This document shows, piece after piece, positions 26,893-37,364 of a stretch of 64,000 nucleotides of DNA. Under the pieces are notes generated by a model. That model was not told the origin of the DNA, searched no databases, and saw only the letters and a program-made list of their open reading frames with translations. The stretch lies in assembly GCA_964016885.1 (NCBI GenBank), contig OZ024741.1, positions 224,254,001-224,318,000 on the forward strand, written 5' to 3'. The first letter of the stretch is position 1; every line of letters starts with the position of its first letter. The position numbers were made by a program, and so were the translations under genes. The DNA comes from Eledone cirrhosa. Lineage: Eukaryota.

Positions 26893-29146
26893 CGTGCGCA
26901 CGTTTTATTATCTTGACAAATAACTATGCTAATGAAATAATTTATTTTTTGAAATCAAACCTTCAAAGTCATTTTGTTTGTTATCTGAGTATGAATGAAT
27001 AGTTAGAAAGTACATCTCAAAGTATGGAGATTGTTTGACATGATCCTTACAGTATTGCCAACAGAATGTTGATAGTTTTCTGTGAAGTTTTGTTTTGTAT
27101 TGGAGTGACAAATGAGATAACAGATGTAAAAATGTCTTGTGAATAGATAAAAATTCTCTAGAAGGTATTTTTCGTTTCTCTACGGTGTATTGAAATTGCA
27201 TATGATATATTCTTCCTTCTCACCAGATTGTTAAATTTTCTAAATTTTATACAATAACTGTATTGAAGCAGTTTCTGCTTGCTATATGAAGATACAGTGT
27301 GTTTCCACATTTATATGTTCTCCAACATAGCATGGAGAAGTAACACACAGAAAACTGTACTTTAGTTACGGTTCTCTGACAAGTATAATTATTAGTGATT
27401 TAATTTCAAAATAATTAGACTTAATGATACATTTATATTACCAAAAAATTAATCCTCCAATCCATAATGATGGAATGTAAAGCAATTTCTATATTTATGT
27501 TATATATAAATATATATATATACACATAAATATATATGTGTGTGTATCGGCAATATTTTAGGATTTGAAACTGAAAGTTGAGGATAATAAGTACAGATAA
27601 TTTTTTGTACAAAATAGTGTTGAAACAGAGCTACAGTCATAATATAGATATATGCCTTTTAGCCTACAGAATTGCAATATATTTGTAACATTTGTATAGT
27701 TTCAGTTTTTTTTTAATCTGGGTAGTTTGCTTCAGATTTCTTCTAGTTTTAAATTAAATTAATCTTTGATTTACTCCAATGTTATATTAATTCAGGATCT
27801 AGGTTTGGTTTGTCAATCCTTCCATCCATCTACACTGCCTGCATTTTATAACACCTTTTTAATTTTCAGTTTCTTCTGCCCCCCCCCCCCCCCCCCCCCA
27901 TTACCATGCATGTTTGTCTTTGTATTTCTGTTGTTTGTATTCAGTCTGTAAGGTGGATGGATTTAGAAGCATTATACATACTTATTTCTGTTGAATTTTC
28001 TCTATCTATAGAAGTTTGTGCTGTTAAAATAAACTATTCACAACATTAACATAACTCTTCTTCACATGTTGTGTTGTGGTTAAGGTATGACAACTTAAAA
28101 GTGGCTCTGAGGGTAGCTTCTTGTATCTTTCTTGTGATCACTGTATTCTGCACTATACTCTTGATAACTGAAAATGGTCAGAAAACAAAATATTTGTAAA
28201 AAGTCTGTAATGAAGTCAACACATTTTACTTTTCTTGCATTATTCTGTTAAATTGTTGTGTTTCCAAAGTTGCTTAGATATGTCTTCATTCCTGTATCTG
28301 TTGGTCCTCCATGTGTGTTTGTATTTCGTATGTATGTGTGGATGCATGTTGTCTTCTGTTCTTTTCATCAGTTGGTTCACATGCTAAGATAAATTGTCTG
28401 TAAATATTTCAGGAGAGTTTTTCTGCTTTTTATTTTTAATTCTCTAAACTAATTGAACTGTTTTGTGTTAACAATTATTGCAATCAAATCAATACACCAC
28501 AGCTTTCTTTAGAACTCATTTTAGGTAGCTTTTTTTTCTTAATTTTTCTACACGTTCAAAATATTACTGAAAGTTTTTTCCTTATAGCTGTCTTATGTTA
28601 CTAATGTTAACACAATGCTGCTTTTTAATTTCTCCAGATTAGTTTTGGATCTAGCAGTTCATGTTTTTTTTTACCCTACTATTTAATTGGTTTCAAGATA
28701 TATTTTCATTTTTAGAAATTTCATCATAAGATCTATCAAATTGAAAATGTTTATATTAGTATTATAAGAATGAATGTAATTTTAATGAACAAAAAAAGTG
28801 TGTTATGCACATTGCTCTATAACAATGGTTTTGTGTGATTGTGCATGTGTATAAGTGTATGTGTACAAATCTTTGACCATCGTGATTACATCAATTTGTA
28901 GACAATAAATGCTAGGTTATCATAGTTATGTTAATTTGTAATCCATACTGCAATCATAAATATTGTTTAAATAATTTAAGTATTTAAATACTACTTAAAC
29001 ATTTTCTATGATATTTGATTTTTAGTAAGAGTTCTTTTTAGTTATTTTGACCTTGTTGATTTGGTTTAATTAGCTACTAATAAATAATCATATGTTTCTC
29101 TAAAATCTCTTTTTAAACTGTTTTTTATGGTTATTTTCCTCTGTAG

Positions 29147-29344
29147 AAACCTGGACAAACTGCCGACTTACACAAGTTATACCAAATGGGGGATGAACCA
29201 GACAGAAAAACCTTTCTAGATCGGTTGTTATATTTCCTTGAAGAGAAAGGTACACCTATAACATCAATGCCTCAAATCAGTAAACAGCCTCTCGATCTCT
29301 ATAAACTCTATCACAGTGTGAAGGAGAGAGGAGGCATGGTTGAG
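29147..29344 (+). CDS. ARID1: ARID1/osa exon, ARID domain N-terminal half (KLYQMGDEPDRKTFLDRLL...KQPLDLYKLYHSVKERGGMVE)
   Basis: Clear ARID1-type ARID sequence; ctgtag acceptor, GAG|gtaagt donor, 198 nt, phase 0-0. Confidence 0.96.
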
Positions 29345-29813
29345 GTAAGTTACTCCAGCCTTATGATGATATTGTATGGCAGTGTTTCCTAAAATATTTG
29401 CTGATTGCAGAAAGTTGTTAACATACTTATTATAATTGACTAAAATGTAGGTTTAAAAAATATTTGAGCAGTGAGATGGAGTAGCATTTTTGGCATTCTT
29501 ATTCATTTTAAGGACTCCATGCTAGCGTGGAAGATGGACGTTAAACGAAGATGATGATGAGTGTTTAAAGTATCTAAAAAAATTCTTAAAAGCAAAGTGG
29601 CTGAAATATGTTACTTAGTTACTTACATGTTTCAACTTGAATGATGAAGACATGGTTTCTAATGAAGGACTACAATCCAGCATATACTGTTTTATGTGTT
29701 TGTCTCCAGTAGATATGGACTTAAAAGTGTTAACTGTAATGAGTTTTATTTTTTAATTACATGTAAGTATTACATCACTGCTGAATGTGAAACTGTTTCT
29801 GTAATTTCTGCAG

Positions 29814-30033
29814 GTAAGCAAGGCTAAAAAATGGAAAGAGATCTGTGCAGTTGTGAACATAGGCTCTTCAGCAAGTGCTGCTTTCACTTTAAAAAAGAAT
29901 TATGTTAGGTATTTATTTGCTATGGAATGCAAATATGACAAAGGAGGTATAGATCCAGCACCAATACTAGCACAAATGGAAGCAGCAATGCAACAGAAAC
30001 GAGAAAGCAAACAGAGAAGAGCACCATCACCTG
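29814..30033 (+). CDS. ARID1: ARID1/osa exon, ARID domain C-terminal half (VSKAKKWKEICAVVNIGSSASAAFTLKKNYVRYLFAMECKYDKGGIDP...RAPSP)
   Basis: KKW...GSS.SAA.TLKK.Y..YL...ECK ARID motif; ttctgcag acceptor, CCTG|gtaagt donor, 220 nt, phase 0-1. Confidence 0.96.
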
Positions 30034-30155
30034 GTAAGTTTTAAAGGTCTTTAATAATGCAATACAAAAATCTTTAAAAAATGCAATATAACATAGATTT
30101 TTGTTTTCAACATGTTATTGCCATTTTACTTATTTTGTTTTATTTTTCATTCCAG

Positions 30156-31047
30156 CTGGCTCCCAAGGCTCTTCTCAAGATGCATTCCGACCCCCTAGCA
30201 CACCTAACAGCAACAGCCAAGGAATGGACCCATTTTCTCCAAACATGCAACCCTATATGGGAGGCCCCAATTCTGAACCTAACATTGGTCCAATGAGCTC
30301 AACAATGATGCCTCATGGAAATATGATGAACAGTTTGAACCCTTCCAATAGCATGCTGGCTCAAAATTCCGTAGGTGGTCCAAACTCGACTATGCTCCCT
30401 CCTCACCATATGTCTTCTGGTCCAAACAGTATGCATGGCAATATGATGCCAGGGAACATGCCCCCTTCTAATAATATGATGGGGAATTCGTATGCCCCAA
30501 ACAACATGATGCCAAACAATATGGGTCCAAATAATAATATGATGGCAAATAACATGGCATCTTCAAATAACAACATGCTTGGTAACAACATGGGACCTTC
30601 TAACAACAACTTATCTTCCAACATGAACCAGGCTCCCCAAAATGAAAGTGACAGTGTCAGTGTTCAGGACCCGTTTGCTGATGAGCCATGTGCCAGTGGC
30701 CCAAGTTATCCCAGGCAGAGTATGAATTCACAGATGCCACCCTATTCCGGCATGCAATCACAGACAACCATGTCTGGTAATTATGGCTTCAATCGTCAAA
30801 ATGCCCAGCACGGAATGTCACCGTACTCAAATATGAGCCAACAGTCCATGAACAACTTTTCTGAGAACCGAATTGGTCAGAATGAACAGTATAATGATGC
30901 CTATCGAAGAACAATGGGTATGGAGAATTTCAATAACAATAATAGAAATTCAGAAAATTTTGGTCCTGCAGCTACTCAGTTTGGACCTCGGAATAGTCAA
31001 GTATCAGGTGCCCAGTTCCCTTTTGGGCCTCAGTTTGACCGTGAACG
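30156..31047 (+). CDS. ARID1: ARID1/osa exon, 892 nt, Asn/Met/Pro/Gly-rich region with a SVQDPFADE motif
   Basis: Lies within ORF 30101-31051; cattccag acceptor, CG|gtaaat donor, phase 1-2; the SV.DPF.D motif is ARID1-like. Confidence 0.92.
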
Positions 31048-34000
31048 GTAAATATATGCTTCTTTGGTTTCCTTGCTTTTCAGATATTTGTGGTTTTTAC
31101 AAGGCAACATCATAGTAGTTATTGAAATCTTAGTGTTTGAATGTGTGTTTTGTGAGGCATTATTGAAGGAGCTGAGTTTATTATTTAATTTACTTTCATT
31201 TCATAATACTTAACTGATGATATTAGGAGAGGTATGAGTATTTTCATCTCATTGATGGAAACTGATTAAGTGGTAGACTAAATCTGTTGCCTGGTTTAAC
31301 ACCACTTCCTGGAACTTGAGTACCTTTAAGCAATGTCCACTCTGTTACAAGCATTCAAGCCAGGCCTCCAGTTTGAGAATACTCTCTCGCCTCCTGTCTT
31401 TTACCAGTCTTAGTTACTGTGCTTCCTCCCTGACTAATTACAACAACAAGTATTTTAAGGCCAATTCCCTGTTAGAACAAGGCTTAGCCTTGTGAACCCC
31501 ACAACATACTTAATACTGATGACCGTTGGGTCCTGCTTTACTGCCCTTCCTGGTATCAGCCCTTCTAGGGATATGTGTACCTATTCTAAACCAGAGACCC
31601 AAATAAAACCTAACACACGATACTAAACAATAGCAGTAAAAAAAGAATGTTTATTTCACTTTTCTATTTATAGCTTTTTGTTTTACACCCATTGTTTATT
31701 TGTGTGTGTGTGTGTGAAAGTATAGTGAAGTATGCAATTGTTAGCAAAATTATTTATAGTTAGTTGGCTGTTTTACAAGTAACTATTCAACTGTGACGTA
31801 CTTGTCAGCCAGGCACATTAAAGCAGGCTTAAGAAATATATGCTGAGTGAATGGGTACACAACATAAGGGTGGGGAAGACTGAACTAATGCCTATATAAG
31901 GACAACACTAGTACATTCAAAACTTTCATTTCAACAACTGCCTTTATATGTATTAATATTTAATTGCAAAACTATTTCTGGAAAGATGAACTCTATACCA
32001 TTTTACCCATAGTTTCTGTGATTGTTTTGGAGGCCTAGATATCTACATAGTTGTCGTCATTGTTTAACATCCATTTTCCACGCTTGCATGAGTTAGACAG
32101 GTTGTCACATTATGAAGCATGTCGGCTCCAGAGACCATGTCTTGCTCATTTGGATTTATATTTTGGCTTGGTTTCTACGGCTGAATACTCTTAAAGAATA
32201 ATGTGGGGTTGATGTTGTTTGAAATGAGTATGTCCTGTATGTATGGAGTCATAGGGGTGCCTTAGTGACATAGCATTTCTTGGGCATTTTCAAACCTGGC
32301 AGAGCCCACCCCCTTTCCTTGTCTGTACTCAGTTGATTTCTTCCAGAGAAGGATAATGAGGATAAGGAAGTGAAAAGGAGATATAGAGGAAGAATCAACT
32401 CCAGTACTAGATTGGTACTCCTTTTTTATTGACCTCAGTGGGACTTGAACTCAGAGTGCAGAGAGTTAGAACATATACTGCAAAGCATTCTATCCGATGT
32501 TCTAACTATTATGCCAGCTTTGTATGTCCTGTACATTAACCTAATAGCTGTAGTTCTGTAGCTCTCTATAACATTATTATTCTGATACTTTCTTTGTATT
32601 TAAAGCTATAACTATGGAATGAAATCATTCATACACACAGCATTTATATCATTTGTAAGACAATTGGCTCTTAAATTATGGACTGAAATCTAAGACAATC
32701 TATTATGGATACAGCATTTGTATTTATGTTATTCATAAGACAATTAGTTCATAAATAACTATTCTAAATGAACCCTTTTAATACTAAGCCACCTGAAACT
32801 GCTGCTGCTTCTATAATACAAAACTGTCTATTTTATTTATAAACATTCCATCATAATTTTATGCAATTAAGTTATGTTCTTAATACCAAAGAAAGGATCC
32901 TACATTACTAAATCTCTAAATATTTTAGAAATTATTTGAACACAATAGACAGTGTTGTTTTAATAGTTTCAGTCATTGTACTGAGGCTATGTTGAGGCAC
33001 TCACCTTCAAGGCTTTTGTTGATCATATGAACCCCAGAACTTATGTTAATTAATGTCTAGTACTTATTTTATCAATTTCCATTTGTCAATGTGTTAAGTT
33101 ATGCAACATAAACAACAACACTGGTTTTTATGCAGTATAAACATATACACATAAGTGCATATATGTTGAGCTTCCACATGGTTCCTGCCAATCTGATTTA
33201 GCTTACAAGGGATTGGTCAATTGGGACTGGGTTCAAGTCCAACCATATGCAGTGTGTTAAAATTTAAAGCTTTATCAATGTAGTCTTACTGTAGTGGAAT
33301 AATATTATAGAATGTCTTTGATTTCATTACATATTTAAGATTATTTATTTATTGACATTAAAGTAGAAATAATTAATATCTCTCAAGGTAGAAGTGACGT
33401 GTGTGTAACAAAGAATATAGTTTTTAAAGATGTTCTCCTCTTCAGTATTATCTTGGTGAACGTAACACCATCTCAAGGATCAAGCCCTTTAGAAAAAATA
33501 CAATGTTAAAAGAAATTATGTATTTCGTGTTTCTCTATAAATTTCTGAACTACTGGATTTTTCACTAATGCTACTAGTTTAAGATATATTCATATTCTAG
33601 TTAGCTCTGAGTTTAGATTAACTCTTTTAATTTTATAAACAAGTACTGGGAATTTATGCAGGGACTTATCATTGAAGCTCATGATAATTAGAATTACTTT
33701 TCAAACCTTAAAATAAGCTTTTTTTTGTTTTGTTGAATCCATAGGATTGCTCCTTATTTTCAGTTTTAGTAGGAATGTAGTGATAGATAGAGATCACTAC
33801 ACTAGAGGGATTGAAAATGGGTATAATTTAGTAATTGAAAGTTTGATGCTCATAAGAAAATAAATGCAGTATTAGTGACATGCTATAAACAGCAATGTTT
33901 CATCAATTCTGAACCTTCAGTCTCTTCATCAGTATTGAAATAACATGAGATGTAACACCTAACTACTTTTGTTGTCAAATTGTAGGGGATTTAATCAGTT

Positions 34001-34216
34001 CTGTGTATTTTATGTTCTCTTGGAGATATACAACCATGAAAATGACAAGAATTTAAAAATCTTTCACTGGTTTGGGGGGGTTAGTTATATAGAATTCAGT
34101 TATTTCTTATTGTTGTCTTATTTGTCTATAATATTGATCTTAATTCTTGCATTATTGCAAATTATTAGGAAAAGATGATTTGAAAATATCAAAAGGGAAA
34201 ATATTTTATAAATAAT

Positions 34217-34399
34217 TGTTTCTACTTTTGGCACAAGGCCATCAATAAACCAGTACATTACTGGTACTTTATTTTATCGACCCCGTAAGGATGAAAGGCA
34301 AAGTTAACCTCGGCGGGATTTGAACTCAGACCGTAAAGGGACGTAACTATGCTGGAAAGCATGGCGTCCAACTCTCTACCGATACTGCCAATCCACCGC
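34217..34399 (-). mobile_element. Young tRNA-derived SINE (Nin/Deu-domain-like) with a 15-bp TSD
   Basis: Reverse complement of the copies at 35998 and 44467; A and B boxes present; TSD TATTTTATAAATAAT at 34202-34216 and 34403-34417. Confidence 0.85.
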
Positions 34400-35997
34400 A
34401 AGTATTTTATAAATAATATCTTGGAATTGTTGCTAAGCTATACTTAGATATTAGATACAGCCTTATATATCTATATTAGTGGCAAAGATGACCAATAGTC
34501 ATCTTTGCCACTAATATAGATATAAAATTGAGTGCTTTCCATAAAATTAATGTGGATTATGTCTGCAGACATTTCATTAGTTCTATGGAAAGAGCATATC
34601 ATTTTATATATCTTTTTGTTAGGAATACATAAGCATCATATCTACAAGTGTTAGACTGGCACTCTAAGGGGAAATGCTTCTCTCATTTGTTTGACCCCTT
34701 TCAATTAAGGATTGATAAAACAAGGAGATATAATAGACACCTGGTGTACTCATTTCTCCCTTGAACTCTTAATTCCTGGTGGAGTTATTGTCATGAGATA
34801 TTTAGGTATTTTAAATTTGGCAGGGCCTGTCCCTCTCTAGGTTTAACAGCAACTGCTTTCTCTCTCTCTCTCTCTCTCTCTCTCGCTCTCTCAGAACTGG
34901 TACTTTATCAAACTGAAAGGATAAAAGGCATAGTTGATTTTGGAGGGATTGGAATTAAAGCAGGCAGAGAGCCAGAGCAAATACTGCAAAGCAATCTATT
35001 CTCTATGCTTTAGTTAAAGATTCTCTCAAACCACAACCTATATTTTATGTATTGTAGACCATCCAAATATTTAAAACAGATGTAAATTTGATGTCAGTGG
35101 TAGGCTAAGATTATCATGATGACGAGGTAATACTATATTGTTGAGAGATATGACAGAGGTTATTAAAACTTTGTTGACAGGAATTGTTTAGTAGATCATA
35201 GGTTTTTCAACAGAATGTGGTCATTAAAGTTGGATAGTTTTATATATAAAAAAATAAATAAAGGCAACGAATGTGATGAAGAATGTGTTAGTTGATGCGA
35301 TGCAAGAGAAATTAGAAGGATAAATTAAGTTCAAGATAATTTTAGAATTGTCTGGGGACTGAGGTGAAGTTTGTGTCTATTCTGGGGGGGAGGGGGTTGC
35401 GATGTTTTTTAACTGCCAGGCTAATATGGCCCCAGTAGTGTAGCCAAAAGCATTTCACTAGGGATATATATCAGCCTAAAAATGCGATACTCTTTTCTAT
35501 TATTTTTGACAATTAACTTATACTATTTTTTGCTATTCTGAGTTCAGACCCGATCGAGGTCATCTTTGCTTTTTACCCTTCCAAAGTCGATAAAATAAAA
35601 TGCTTAAATTAGAAATCATTTTTTTTTTTTTTTGCTTTAATCAAAAAGGGCATAGTGCTAAAAGGGGTACTAATTGCTATGAACTAGAATAGGCTCAGAA
35701 AGGTTATAAAGCATCAAAGAAATTGAGGATTACCAAGGGGTTGTGCCCCCCCCCCCCCCAACAAAAACCGGGGTGGGGGGGTGCTCAATGCATCACATAT
35801 TACAGAGTAGATGTTGAAATGTGGTATAATCCAGAAACTCTCAGTTAGCTAAAATGTAGGATTATAATGTATGTGTGTGTGTACACACTAGTGTGTTGTG
35901 TATGCACACAAAATGAAAAGCAGTGAAGTTTCAAAACTAAATTTTTTAAAGGATATTGCAAAAAAGTTCATTATATTTACATTTCATTAAATTAAAT

Positions 35998-36178
35998 GGT
36001 GAATTGGCAGTATCGGTAGAGGGTCGGATGCCATGCTTTCCAGCATAGTTATGTCCCTTTACGATCTGAGTTCAAATCCCGCCGAGGTTGACTTTGCCTT
36101 TCATCCTTACGGGGTCGATAAAATAAAGTACCAGTAATGCACTGGGTAATTGCTGGCCTTGTGCCAAAAGTAGAAACA
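35998..36178 (+). mobile_element. Young tRNA-derived SINE, same family
   Basis: TGGCAGTATCGG A-box, GAGTTCAAATCC B-box, TSD ATTAAATTAAAT at 35986-35997 and 36179-36190. Confidence 0.85.
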
Positions 36179-36369
36179 ATTAAATTAAATAAACAATTTA
36201 GTATAGTAAAATATAAGCAAAAAAAAACATGAAAAAACATCATTTTCTTTAACTCTCAATATATATATATATATACATACATACATACACACACATGCTA
36301 GCGTGGAAGATAGACGTTAAACGATGATGATGATATATATACTTAGAAGTTTGTTTATTTCAATTGCTG

Positions 36370-37364
36370 TAAATGTTCAATATCATACAGCTTGAAACAG
36401 CTGATGCTGAGGTTCACTTTTCACTGTTCACATCCTGTTTTTGGTTCCTTTCTAATGTTCTGTTTGGAACACTTGTTCAGGCTGATTTGAAACTTTTCCT
36501 GTATAAACTTGGAAGTTGTTCACATAACCATTGTGGGGACTAGCCTGCATCCACACATTTATCTCATGTTTTGTAGACTTTAATGGAATCATCTGGTGAA
36601 GGCAATTATAGCCTCATCAATAGATGTTTCACATTGTGGGTTATACTGCGACTTCAGATTTTGGCGTATCCGTTCAATAAAAGACCGTACATGGGCAAGT
36701 CTGTTGTGTCCAGGATGACCAATACAGGCTGGATATTAAATAATAAGAAAGAAAAATCAATTTCTCTTTTCTAGGAGTCTTAAGATATTTACCCGCCCAA
36801 CATTTCCTTTAAATATATTGACATTAACTTCTGAGAACTGATCAAACCATTCTAAAGTCGGTTTTTCATCACTGCTTTTGTTTTGGTTCCTATGCAAATT
36901 CATCATCGATACATCATCAGAATCAGATTCAAACATTAAAGCAATATCTGATAAATTCTCTTCATTTTCCGAATATATTTTATAGTTTTTTCTGCTCCAA
37001 CTACATCAATTTCTGTTAAGCCTTTGAAAATGTAATCACTTTCACTATCTGATGCTATGTTTGTTTGAAAAACCTTTCCTTCTGTAAACAAGGTTTTCTT
37101 TCTCACATGTAACTCATAACTGACTACGACATTGCTAAGATTATTCATAAATTATTCATAAAATAACTCCCTGATTGGTTCAAACTAAGCATAGCTTCCT
37201 TATTCAACCAATCACTAAGCATTTTACATCAGAAATTAACATACTCTAATGCATGAGTACAGAAGGGATCTGACTGCTGTAGTGAAAAAATAAACGACAG
37301 GTGGAATTTGACTCTGAATAAATTCTGATCTCACGACTGCTGGCGGGACCAGGGAAGAAAGTTA
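36370..37364 (-). mobile_element. Heavily deleted piggyBac transposase relic
   Basis: Minus-strand remnants: acidic N-terminus SDSESDYIFKGLTEID, YNPQCETSIDEAIIAF, INVWMQASPHNGYVNNFQVYTGK and Cys-rich tail KCSKQNIRKEPKTGCEQ*KVNLSISCFKLY. Confidence 0.75.

Noticed and set aside
35998-36080. tRNA gene suggested by A and B boxes (also at 34217, 39105 and 44467)
   Set aside because: No cloverleaf; these are SINE heads, and the three young copies continue into a SINE body with TSDs
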